The notes beneath the pieces are model-generated. The model ran no database searches. It was not told the origin of the DNA and saw nothing but the letters and a program-made list of their open reading frames with translations. A stretch of DNA of 64,000 nucleotides, from positions 10,882,819 to 10,946,818 of the forward strand of contig NC_068992.1 in the NCBI RefSeq assembly GCF_001194135.2. The letters run 5' to 3'. Every line of letters begins with the position of its first letter. The stretch's first letter is position 1. Both the position numbers and the translations under genes were made by a program. Below are positions 1 through 11,450 of the stretch, piece by piece. The stretch comes from Octopus bimaculoides (lineage: Eukaryota).

Positions 1-230
1 ACATAAAAGACACCATTTCGAGCGTGGCCGTTTTCGTGCGGGTGACACGTAAAAGCACCCACTACACTCTCTGAGTGGTTGGCGTTAGGAAGGGCATCCA
101 GCTGTAGAAACTCTGCCAAATCAGACTGGAGCCTGGTGTTGCCATCCGGTTTCACCAGTCCTCAGTCAAATCGTCCAACCCATGCTAGCATGGAAAGCGG
201 ACGTTAAACGATGATGATGATGATGATGAT
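1..230 (+). mobile_element. SINE family A (GAT-tail SINE), cut by the window edge at its 5' side
   Basis: Body GGCATCCAGCTGTAGAAACTCTGCCAAATCAG ends in CCCATGCTAGCATGGAAAGCGGACGTTAAAC(GAT)n. Close copies lie at 28900, 42961, 47301, 47716 and 56457. Confidence 0.85.
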
Positions 231-279
231 ATATATATGTGTCTGTATATGTACATGTTTGTGTGTATATATATGATAG

Positions 280-425
280 ACTTCCAAACCATTTCCATCT
301 TTTGAATTCACTCGCAAGACATTGCTTGGCCCAGAATTATAGTAAAAGACACCTGACCAAAGTACCACACAATGGGGCTGAACCTGAAGCCACATGACAG
401 CAAAGCAAGTTTTGTAACCACAGAG
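280..425 (-). mobile_element. SINE family D (tRNA head plus CORE-like segment), diverged partial copy
   Basis: The reverse complement reads GGCTTCAGGTTCAGCCCCATTGTGTGGTACTTTGGTCAGGTGTCTTTTACTATA, matching copies at 13940, 26285, 40515 and 42275. Confidence 0.6.
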
Positions 426-508
426 ACATGCATCTAAAATTTATCTGAATAAAATCATTTACTTTTTAAAGGTATTTTCTTCTTATTTAATATTTTATTT
501 AATATTAG

Positions 509-715
509 TTTCAGATTTTGGCACAAGGCCAGTAATTTGGGGGGAGTAGGTAAGTTGATTACATTAACCCAATGTTTTACTGGTACTTGTTTTATCGATC
601 TGAAAGGAAGAAAGGAAAAGTCAACCTTGGTGGAATTTGATCCCAAATTTTAAGATGGACAATACGCTGCTAAGCATTTTGCCCTGTGTACTAATGATTC
701 TACCAGCTTACGGCC
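509..715 (-). mobile_element. SINE family C (tRNA-derived, Meta-domain-like centre)
   Basis: Plus strand shows TTTTGGCACAAGGCCAG...AAAGTCAACCTTGGTGGAATTTGA. The same family recurs more than ten times in the window. Confidence 0.7.
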
Positions 716-1298
716 CTAATGATTGTAAATATTGGAAATGGTAAAACAGGGCTTAACTACCATCATTTTCAACTCTGACTTCAAAGCTTTAATACTGACA
801 ATAAATTAAATACCAGCAATATACCGATCCAATTCAATCACATAGATGTGTTCTTTAAAATGTGTAGCCCTGTGCCAAAATTAGTAATTATTAAAGAGAG
901 AGAGAAGGGAGGAGGAAATGAAAAAAAAAGAGAAAGAAAGAAAGAAATAATGTTAGTTCAGTTATTAATTTATAGTAATTGGCTTTTTCTCGATGATAAC
1001 CAAACAAGATCTGGAATGCATCATGGTTATAAAGAATTCTATGATGAAGAATCAATAAATATTTCTATAAGTAGCCCAAAAGAGCTTTTATATAGATTCT
1101 GCAACATAAAAATCTTTTGATTAAAAATGTGTTATAAAATAAAACTATAAAATTAATTTGATGTTGAAGTGTTTGATTAGAAGAACCAAATGATAAATAT
1201 TTCAAAATGAGTTTATCCTTTCTCTCTCAGGATTCTGGATTGTTCTTTTGTTCAATAAAATGACAGATGTGGGTTTTTTTTAATGATTATTATTATTA

Positions 1299-1333
<35 letters not shown>

Positions 1334-1431
1334 AGTTGGAATAATTATTAAGGCAAAGAAGAAAAGAGATATGCTTTTATATAACCAATATAGCAAAACT
1401 AATAAAGAAGCCTTCATGCATTTTTTCAGCC

Positions 1432-1625
1432 CACTAGAAATAGCAGCCAAATCTCTCTCATACGATACATGATCATTTTAAAGAAGGAAATACATGTTGG
1501 GTAATGTTATGGTTTTAGATATACAAACCTAGTGGTAGTGGTTGTAGGGAATGATTTAGGCATGGCTGGAACATTTTTTTATGATATTTTCTCAGTCAGA
1601 GTTGACCTGGGGTTAAATAACAAGA
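1432..1625 (+). mobile_element. SINE family F (AAC tail), diverged 3' part
   Basis: CTAGAAATAGCAGCCAAATCTC...CATGGCTGGAAC...GACCTGGGGTTAAATAACAA. Related pieces at about 2150(-), 16040, 17555-17740, 24950-25115, 32100 and 45420(-). Confidence 0.55.
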
Positions 1626-2689
1626 GCAGCAACTGCACAGATACATATAAACGAATACAATGAAGTGGAGTCTTAGATAATTGTTCAACTTGAGAGAGAT
1701 ATTCGGCAGAGAGAAAAAAAAATGACAGAATTGTCATATTTAGAAATAATACATTTCTAAATCTCTCAGAGAGATTTATGCAGTAGTGATACGATGAAGT
1801 AGTTGTATGCTGTCAACTTAATGTGACAGTCCCCTGAAGGGAATAATACTATTGTTGGTTAGACCTAGGAAGCTGCACCGCTTCCTGCCGGACAAGGACA
1901 CCTTTCTCCCACCTGTTTCAAAGTCACTGGAAATGACGAAGAAGATGGTGAATAAAACAAAAACCAGATTGATTCTGTGATTACATATATGTTCAAATAC
2001 TTTTCAGCTATGGCAGTTCTCCAGACTGATGACGAGCAAAGACTCATAAACCATAACTAGAAGGCCTATAGAAAAGATAGATAATTCTCAACAGATGAAG
2101 CTACCTACCTACAAATTGTTGCGCTTGTTGTTATTGTTATTGCTGTTTAGCTCCGGGCTGGCTGTGACTATGCAGATCTTTAATCAAAGGCATTCCAGCC
2201 ATAACCATCCGTCTCATTTTTCCCAAGTTTTTCCTATTCTACATTAATTTAAGGTATTCTTCCATATTTTATTGAGATGCTATCATATGATTTCTCTTTC
2301 CCTGTCTACTAATAAAGATGGATCCAAAACTTTAATGTTATCATCTTCTGTCATCTGCTTTAGCAGTTGTTCCATCTCTCACAAGTGAGTATGACCTGTA
2401 AGTTTGTTCCATGCTTTTGCTAATTGTTTTAGGTATTTATGCAGTCATGAGCAGACATTGACATGCTCTCAAAGCTCCCATTCTTGATTGAGAAAAATAT
2501 CAAAAGAGTGACTGGTGGAGGAGAAATTAATTCAAGGACTGGAGAAACCAGGGTTGCTTTTGGTAACACAAAATATATGCTGTTAGACATAGAGTGAGGA
2601 GAGGAAAAGAGCCCTAGGGGATACAGAGAAGAACCCATCCTTTCCTTTGGTTGCATGAGCTGGAACATCAACAGACAAATGCAAGGTCT

Positions 2690-2920
2690 TTGCAGCCTTA
2701 TGATGCTGCAGAGACATGGTTCCTCAAACCAACACTGAAGATGTCCAAAGATGAATAGAAATCAATGAACATAAGGAATCAACAGGCTAAGATCATTGGA
2801 GATTAGATGAAAAGACAAAGCGTTGAACATTTGGTGATAACTGAAAAACTGAAAGGAAGAAGAAACCAGGAAAAACAAGGAGAAAGAAGACAGTTGAATG
2901 ACTTACCAGCCAGTTATGAA
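2690..2920 (+). pseudogene. Degenerate RTE-type LINE C-terminal fragment
   Basis: Translates as IGD*MKRQSVEHLVITEKLKGRRNQ, resembling the RTE C-terminal GH.MRR..LE.LV.TGK.EG.R.RG motif. Confidence 0.45.
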
Positions 2921-4769
2921 AAGAGCAACAACTAGTTAAAATATGTTGGAGGACAGATTCAGAGGCTCTTTTTTTACTGATCTGCAGGCATGGTACATAA
3001 AAAAGAAGGGTTTGTTTGGAAGGAGATTCGTCTGCTGTTTCTAGCAGGTTAAGTGTATGGGTTTAAGTAAGTACCACAAATAGTATAACTTACTGCTGTG
3101 GGCAGAGGCAGCCATATGGAATTATTGTGCATTTGTTAACTTCAAATATCAAATTCTGTTCCTTAGATGATAAAAAATGCTACCTGTAGTAATCTCACTG
3201 CCATATTCATGGGCGAGATTTAACTTCTACTTGTATATATTTCATCTTCAGAAAGACAGAGATAAACTCTAGTCTTATCGATCTTTGTCATTGTGTGAAA
3301 GATTTAGCTTTTAGTAATCTAGCTAGTTCACCACACCTTTCATTCATTCTAAAAGTCAGAGAAATATATGAAGAAATATTGATCTATTCACTGTTCTTTT
3401 ATTGAAACATTATAATTTTTTCATTTCACTTCAGTTTGATCCTTTTTGCTATATTTTACATCGATTGAGTTGGAATATTCTCGAATATGGAAATTATCAA
3501 AGAGTCTCCAAACAATGTTAAGTTTTTACGCATTTTAATTTTTATATCATTTCAGATTGAATAACCAGTTAGGCATTAAAATTCATCTGGATTTTCACAT
3601 AAATACAAGCAACCAAATTTATGCTTTTGCTTGTAATTTTTTTCTTTTTTTTTTTTTTGCTTTGGTTTTATCAGTTAATTAGAAGAATTGAAATATTATT
3701 GTTTAAATTTTTGCTAAATTCATGCTTGAATTTTATAATTAAAGGATTCATTCTGAAAATCTGAAGAAACAATAATAATCACACACACAAAAATATACAA
3801 AATAAAATAAAATGATAAAAAGTAAATGAAATCTTTTTAATCTTTGTAAAGCGTGTGACATTTATATCAGGAATATTACAATCAGAAATTAGAATAGAAA
3901 TTATACTGTCTAGATTTAATTAGAATTTATAAAGTATAAAATAAATAAGACCATTTCTGTATAATCAGATGTTTTTTGATACCAATCAAATAAAATATAC
4001 AGTAAAACAAAAAAGAACGATTTGTCTTTGAAAAAAGCTTGGTGTCATGAGCCAGTAATATATTGTTATCATGTATATTGTAATGTAACGTGTGTGAAAA
4101 TTGCAGAAATTAATTAGATTATGCAATTATCATAAATTTGAAATCTTGTTTACATAGATACTTTCTTTTGTGGATTGCCTACATCTGCAAATTTAGGTAC
4201 ATGGAAACTTGCTTCATTGGTGGTTTCTATCATAAATGTTCTTCAAATATAGGCCTTTGCATGAAGTGTTGTTGTTGCTGTTGATGTTTAAGTCAATGCA
4301 GGTGATATGTAAAAGTAAGTATGTAACTATGTATGCAATATGTATATTCATATATTGTGAGGTCGTTGTTAGTGCTATGGATAAAGTGAAAGCATGTACA
4401 ACCTGTTGCATGACCAGGCTGTTAGTGACTAAAATGGCAACCCTACAAAGCTTGCTCAAGAAGGAGTGTGGTTTTTGTTGGTCATGCTGCAGGGCAAAAG
4501 CAACTCAAAGGGCAATGAACTCTGTAAAGTCAATTGCCATCCAAGAACTGGAGATTAGAAATCCCCTAGTCTTTGTTTAAATATTTCTCTAGAAGGAAAA
4601 CACTAATGTAGCATCTGTGATTTTCTCTGCACCCAATGAGGTAGACTAGTTCCTTTTAGGGGGGCACATGCATGTTATTTAGAGAGTGAGATTGGCCATG
4701 TGCAATGCTTTTCTTCACTCTAAAATGCTTCAGGCACAAGCATCGCTTGAATTTTAACCTCTCTGTTAT

Positions 4770-4880
4770 GTGTGGCATACTATGGCTGATGATAGCCAAA
4801 AAGGGTGAAACACTTATTGAAAAATTCCATAATGGAATGAAGGCATACATCAACATGGGTGGTAAGCTCTCTGAGCACCT
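4770..4880 (+). pseudogene. Short RTE reverse-transcriptase fragment
   Basis: LWLMIAKKGETLIEKFHNGMKAYINMGGKLSE resembles the RTE RT segment LW.....G.....I..FHDGM...V..GG.LSE. Confidence 0.4.
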
Positions 4881-5087
4881 GCAAGAGGTGCCTCTCATAG
4901 ACCCATCTGTGCAAATTAACATAGGCCCCTAACAAACCCCAAAAGCCATGTCCATAGTACTCATGTTTAAGGGAACAATCAGACAATGGCATTGCTCAAA
5001 ATCGAGTTTCAGCAATCTTACACCACCCCCACATACAAACACACATGTTCACATACATACACAAATTTATACACATCAATATTGCCA

Positions 5088-5270
5088 TCTTCATCATCAT
5101 CGTTTAATGTCCATTTTCTACAATGGCATGGATTGGAGAGTTTGAGAGGATCTAGTAAATAGCAGGACTGAGCTGAGTTCCAACGTCAGCTTTGGCATGG
5201 TTTCTATGCCTCTATGCTTTTCCTAACGACAACTATTTAACAATGTATATTGGGCATTGCTTTTCATGTC
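5088..5270 (-). mobile_element. SINE A-related family (A2), diverged
   Basis: (CAT)n CGTTTAATGTCCATTTTCTACAATGGCATGGATTGG...TTTGGCATGGTTTCTA is the reverse complement of the shared GAT-tail 3' end. Confidence 0.55.
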
Positions 5271-5339
5271 ACTTAGATTGCTAAGTAGCTTGCAATATAG
5301 AAAAAATTAACAAGGAAAAGGCCTACATGACTGTGTGTG

Positions 5340-5374
<35 letters not shown>

Positions 5375-6029
5375 ACGTGCATGTGTGTGAGGTACTTGAG
5401 AGAGGAAGCAGCTTTGTGCCAGATATTTATTTATTTGCAAGGTGTAAAAGTGGTGGAGAGAGAGAGATGTAAGGGCACATAAGGGTGGCTGTAGTGGGTG
5501 GGGCATGATGGCGGTATTAGAGAGAGCATTGAGAATGATAGCAGATATGTAAGGTATTAAGGTGGAGAATGGCAGGTGAAAGAGAGTCATAATTGAAAGC
5601 GCAGAAAGGAGGTGATTGGTGAAAGTTATGTGGGAAGGGAGGATAATGAAGATGAAAGATGGAAGTAGGTCCAAGGGTAAGGAAGAGGTAACTAATTGCA
5701 GGAAGAAGCATGGCAAAAATATATGCTGATTCTGCTCACAAGTTATTACTGCTAATCAAGAAGTGTTACAGATGGAGGAGTGATAGAATCCTGGGTGTTA
5801 GAGGAATAAGATTTAGAGAATGCTTGATGGGGCAAAATGGGCGTATGGTGCACACACACATACACTCACAAGTATATGATAAAAGTTGGATGTTTAAGCC
5901 AGGATCATTCTGCTATAGTTTTAAAGATAACTGGCATCCTTGTCTACAATTTTGTTCCAGTTGTTTTCAAATCTGATATAAGGATTAAGTTTTGCATACC
6001 AATTATGAAAATGAAATTAATTTTTCCTA

Positions 6030-6740
6030 TAAATTCATAATCAAAAAGTTATTAGCCTTTAAAATTTGCAAAATTTTGATATTTTAGCCAATCAGAAGTG
6101 AGTATTTTACACATCACCACCAAGTTCAGTAATCATAGTAAGCAAGGAAGCATCACGTGTTCCATAGATGATTGTGAAGAACTCTGTTTCCATAGTAACC
6201 AAAGATGCTGCGCATGTGCATGTGTTCTATAATTGTTTGTTTTCCTAACAGTAGGAATTCGATAGTGCATTGCAAACTTTCATTCTTGAATTTTTTAAAA
6301 CTAATAAACGTCTGTTTTAAGCAATGCTTTGACTGTTATTTCTAGCAACTCTTGTTGATTTGCTCTCAGCTTCTAAATATTTAATTTGCTCACAAATCTT
6401 TTAATGTCTTCCACTGTTTTCACTGTTTACTTTGCTTGTGTATATCTGAATGTTTTGACTGCTATTTCTAGCAACTCCTGTTAGTTTCCTTGTAGCTTTT
6501 AAATATTTAATTAGCTCACAGATCTTTTAATATTTTTCACTATTTACTGTAGCTAGTTTAATGTTTTGACATGCCAGTGCCCCCCCCCCCACTTTTTTTC
6601 CTCACTACTGTAACAGATGATGGAAGAAGTAATGAACATGCTGTTTTCTGATTGGCTGAAAATTCAGAAAATTATCTAACTTTGAATACCTGTAACATTT
6701 TTGCAAACTTTTTATTGAATAAATGAATAACAAATTCGGA
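6030..6740. mobile_element. Probable non-autonomous DNA element with subterminal inverted CCAAT motifs and an internal duplication
   Basis: AGCCAATCAGAA near 6086 and its inverse TTCTGATTGGCT at 6646. A direct duplication with a 126-bp period starts at 6328 and 6454. Confidence 0.4.
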
Positions 6741-6959
6741 CTTAGTATCAAAAATTACATTTATATGATACATTAAAAATTTTTTTTAAAGATTTTGACA
6801 TGTAGTGACAATAACTACAAAGATCCAATGACTGTTTCAGATTGCAATTTTCATTGAGTCGCCATTTCAAATTCCTACCAATTCCTTTTCTGTGTATAAG
6901 AGTTCAGATGAATAACCAGTCTTAATTTCTTCTGTTAGAATCTATGGAATTATAATAAA

Positions 6960-8020
6960 TATGAAAAAGGGTGTCAAAGACTCAAGTCCTAATAGGGACT
7001 CACTTTCATGCAAGATTCTTCAATTTGTAGTTAACTCTTACCATGTTGACAGTATATCTCTGTATATGGCTTGCATTCATCTACAACAGAACTCAGAGCA
7101 TAGTACCCTATCAAAAACAATCTCCAAGTCAAAAAATGCTGGATACAGTGAATTTCTCTTTGTGAAGAACTTTGCTTGTAGTTTTAAACTTGAACGTGAG
7201 CATCTGTGAAAATCCTTAATTACACCTCATCTTGACCAATTCTCTTCTTACTCAGCTGCGTTATAGTTCTTTCTTTTCCTTTCATAATTTGGTCCATCAA
7301 TTTAATGCCTCTGCACTTACTTTCTGAATAGAGAGAATCTCCTTTTGTCCTTATAGCAGTTGATGATGTTATTGTTATGATACTTAGTGTATAGCCTTCT
7401 CTGTACTCCCTGAAGAGTTTATACGTGTATCTCTTTCCATTTAATGTCTTCTACACAACACACTTCAACTCACTTCTGCTCTGGAATCCCTATCCAAGTG
7501 GCATATGTCTGACATCATTAGATATTTTTAGTATCGTAGCAACTTCCTTTATATAATAAATAATTTGAATATATAGCTGTCAACTTCAATTGCTAGTTTC
7601 CCTTCTCATTCAGCAAACTCTAGTAACATTTTCATGCTTCTTCCTTCTCATTCTCAATGAAAGCAAGTGCACTGCTATCCTTACACCCACATTTTCCTTC
7701 AGTGATGATCTATCATGAAATAATGCTTCGCTATTCAGAATATATTAAGACTTCGATCTTCTCATTACAAACCATTGTCAAACTTCTTACTTTCGTGCTA
7801 CATGGAGGATGGTTGGAAGTAAGAACCTATCTTTTATCCTCTTGATATTCTTCCTTTAATCACATCAGTATCATCATCATAATGTTACCCAACGTATAGT
7901 GTTACCAGCTGTGACTATGAGGCTGGTGTCATTTATTATTGAAGTACTCTTCAAGAAGGCCTTATATGGTATTCTTATTCATCTGATAGTTCTAATTCAG
8001 TAAATATATGTAGAGATCAC
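6960..8020 (-). pseudogene. Degenerate RTE-clade LINE (pre-RT linker plus RT N-terminal half)
   Basis: With stops and frameshifts it gives DSSALAFIENEKEEA*KC, IINCYKDK, CRGIKLMDQIMK, KLQAKFFTKRNSLYPAFFDLEIVFDRV and MQAIYRDTVNMVRV, collinear with RTE RT. Confidence 0.8.
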
Positions 8021-8300
8021 TGTCGCTGTCTTGTTGCATATAACTAGCTTAAATGAATTTATTGTTACACACTCTAAGAAGTGTGTTGTTTATGAGAGGT
8101 AAAGTAGAGGGGAAAATGTGTACAAATTCCTCTCCTTGAGTAACAGTAACCATGTTTGAATGAGAATGAGTAGGCATTTTTGGTGTAGAAAGGGGTAGAT
8201 ACACAAATGCATGCATTCACATGCGTACATACACACACATGAATACAAACGTAGTAAATGCATGTATATGTACATACATACATACACACAAATGTGTGCA

Positions 8301-8361
<61 letters not shown>

Positions 8362-8499
8362 TAATAAAGCTCCTATTCCATTATGCCAGCCACAGTCAAA
8401 GGATGTTGACTGGTGAACCAGTTCTTGAAGGTTGCATCGAGCTGTACTGATATAATATAGGATAAATATAGTAATAATATCATTAATCCTTGAATGAAG

Positions 8500-8879
8500 T
8501 TTATAAACATTTAATGCGTTGATACACGCATTTCCACAAATCACATCTCTTCAGATCCCAGACCATATTCCTGGAATGATTCCATTGGATGGATCATCTT
8601 CATGAATTCATTTCTTCAAGTGATATTACATTAATGGATGTTTAATTGAGAGATGTTTACCCCTTTTGACCAGTGAGAAGGTTTAAAGGGATAAACAACC
8701 CTCAGTTAAACATCCATTAATGTTATATTGCACGAAGAAATGAATCCATGAAGATGGTCAACCTGATGCCTACGGATACCACAAAGTATACTGTAATCAT
8801 CCCAAAAATATGGACTGTGATCTGAAGAGACATGTGATTTGTGGAAACGTGTGTAGCGATGCATTAAAATGTTTATAAA
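8500..8879. repeat. Long imperfect inverted repeat (fold-back / MITE-like element)
   Basis: 8595-8650 against 8701-8756 pairs at 49/56 bases. 8500-8581 pairs with 8795-8879. The 50-nt centre has its own short inverted repeat. Confidence 0.85.
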
Positions 8880-8909
8880 TTCCATCTGGGGATTATTGTT
8901 CTTATCACT

Positions 8910-8942
<33 letters not shown>

Positions 8943-9020
8943 CACATATATACACATATATAAGACCAATTCTATGACACCCTCTTGCAAACTACCTCGT
9001 CGACGAGTGACNNNNNNNNN

Positions 9021-9180
9021 NAAAAGAAAACAAAAGACGAAGACAGGTGGTGTAGAAAACAAACAGATGTATTAGTATAACGCTCGGGAAGTGAAAAAGT
9101 CTTTAATGTTTTGAGTCTACGCTCTTCCACAGAAAGGAACACAGAAAGAAAAAAGGAGAGAAAAAAAGAATGTGTAGTGG
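9021..9180 (-). mobile_element. Penelope-like terminal-repeat family E with a decayed hammerhead
   Basis: Same sequence recurs at about 11300-11450 and 28235-28281. Minus strand has the layout cttt-CTGTGGA-A-GAGC-gtag-ACTC-AAAA-CA-TT-aaag. Confidence 0.55.
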
Positions 9181-9262
9181 CTAGCTATCTATCATGGCAC
9201 ACATACATACATATACATATATATCATCATTGTTTAATGTCTGCCTTACATGCTGGCATGGT

Positions 9263-9299
<37 letters not shown>

Positions 9300-9355
9300 T
9301 TGCAAGATTTTTTATGTGAAATCGTGTGTTGAAACAGATGTTGTTGTACTTGGGG

Positions 9356-10019
9356 NNNNNNNNNNNNNNNNNNNNNNNNNNNNNNNNNNNNNNNNNNNNN
9401 NNNNNNNNNNNNNNNNNNNNNNNNNNNNNNNNNNNNNNNNNNNNNNNNNNNNNNNNNNNNNNNNNNNNNNNNNNNNNNNNNNNNNNNNNNNNNNNNNNNN
9501 NNNNNNNNNNNNNNNNNNNNNNNNNNNNNNNNNNNNNNNNNNNNNNNNNNNNNNNNNNNNNNNNNNNNNNNNNNNNNNNNNNNNNNNNNNNNNNNNNNNN
9601 NNNNNNNNNNNNNNNNNNNNNNNNNNNNNNNNNNNNNNNNNNNNNNNNNNNNNNNNNNNNNNNNNNNNNNNNNNNNNNNNNNNNNNNNNNNNNNNNNNNN
9701 NNNNNNNNNNNNNNNNNNNNNNNNNNNNNNNNNNNNNNNNNNNNNNNNNNNNNNNNNNNNNNNNNNNNNNNNNNNNNNNNNNNNNNNNNNNNNNNNNNNN
9801 NNNNNNNNNNNNNNNNNNNNNNNNNNNNNNNNNNNNNNNNNNNNNNNNNNNNNNNNNNNNNNNNNNNNNNNNNNNNNNNNNNNNNNNNNNNNNNNNNNNN
9901 NNNNNNNNNNNNNNNNNNNNNNNNNNNNNNNNNNNNNNNNNNNNNNNNNNNNNNNNNNNNNNNNNNNNNNNNNNNNNNNNNNNNNNNNNNNNNNNNNNNN
10001 NNNNNNNNNNNNNNNNNNN
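9356..10019. other. Assembly gap (largest of many; other large gaps at 16596-16772, 28282-28845, 39393-39697, 58224-58827)
   Basis: Runs of N, mostly flanked by microsatellites or repeats. Confidence 0.99.
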
Positions 10020-10689
10020 CTTACTGATTTATGATTTTCTGACAATTTTGCATGCAGTAAAGTTCAAATTGTTGAAAAAAATAGCAACAAAATTAAAACA
10101 CACACATACAACCAAAAACATAATAATAATAATAACCTTTATTATTATTATTATTATTATTATCATAAAGCCAGGTTTTCATATCGTCAAAACATGTTGC
10201 TTCAAAATTTAATATTCATCGTTTGGAGAGCAGAGCAACTGAATGAAGGTTACCGTGACAAAGAAAGAGAGAAAACAGATTACAACAAAACCTCCAACTT
10301 ATGTAAGATTCCTGGATCTCTTCCTAGTTCTGGAAACTTTTCAGCAGCTACAGAATAATCTATCTCTTAATGTTCTCAATCTGTGTAGTCAGACAGAAGA
10401 AACAAGGAGAGAATTTGACAAAACCTAATTTTCATTTTCAGGTTTGAAAGACAGTTGTTATATAGTCTGAGATGGTTGGTGCTTTCACTCGCATTTTCCT
10501 TATATCTTTGTAGACAATTTACGGTCCCATGCTATTTGTTCTTTTCACCTATCAAATACCATAATCGGGAAAGTATTAGATAGCTGAAAAGAATGAATAG
10601 CATGGTACTGTAGGTTGCAGCTAGTAAGCCTGCTGCGCATACAAGGCTCCAGGAGCTCCAACAAAACTTATAATAAAGAGATAATAATA

Positions 10690-11110
10690 ATAAGTGTTTT
10701 TGCTGTGCCACATCTATAATAGAGTGGACAGAATCAATGCCCATTTCTTGAACGAACGCCCTAGACTTGCCCTTAAAAGTTGTGGCAACACGGTGAGGTA
10801 GTGAAAGTGCTACGTTGAAAACTGTGCGTAAAGTGGATGCTAGAAGGAGGCAAAACATGGTGTGAGCAAAAACTGCAGAGAGTGGCAGAGCTGGAGACCT
10901 GCAAAATCCTCTGGGATTTCCTGATCCAAACAGATCAAGTGCAAGAGCATAACAAACTCGACCTAGTGGTGGTCGACAAGATGCACCACATGTGCTATAT
11001 ATTTGATGTTGCATGCTCCTTTGACCCACAATAGTTAAGAAGGAAGGCAAAAATATAGATAAATACAACCCTCTCAAGTATGAAATAGCCTGGCATCTAC
11101 GTCTACATAG
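10690..11110 (+). pseudogene. R4/Dong-like non-LTR retrotransposon fragment with restriction-like endonuclease
   Basis: QHGEVVKVLR*KLCVKW, KILWDFLIQTDQVQEHNKLDLVVVDK, CYIFDVACSFD and DKYNPLKYEI follow the RLE HN.PD...DV..P.D..K..KY pattern, with stops and a frameshift. Confidence 0.8.
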
Positions 11111-11299
11111 TTCCACTCAAAGAATAAAAGGTTGAACCAAAGTACAGGCCCAAGATGCAATACAGTGAAATTGAAGTCAGGGTTTGATGAATGCACAATG
11201 AACTTGTAAACCATTCAGCCATAATCTATCTATCTATCTATCTATTGATCTATCTGCCTATTTATCTATCTATCTATCTACACACACACACACACCTGT

Positions 11300-11450
11300 A
11301 TGTGTATGGTTCAAAGAGGTGAAGTGAAAAATCAACAAACAGGATGTATTTGTTTAATGCTCAGGTAAAATGGATGAAGTGTTTAACATTTTGAGCCTAC
11401 GCTCTTCTCTAGAATGGATTGATGAGGAGAAAAAAAGAAAGGAAGAAAAG
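11300..11450 (-). mobile_element. Penelope-like terminal-repeat family E, more diverged copy
   Basis: ACAAACAGGATGTATT...AACATTTTGAGCCTACGCTCTTC aligns with 9055-9130. Confidence 0.5.

Noticed and set aside
8818-8856. CTGAAGA...GAAACGTG in the fold-back arm, and CTGATGA at about 2026 and 22004
   Set aside because: Each lacks a convincing stem II, a GAAA or a valid NUH triplet.
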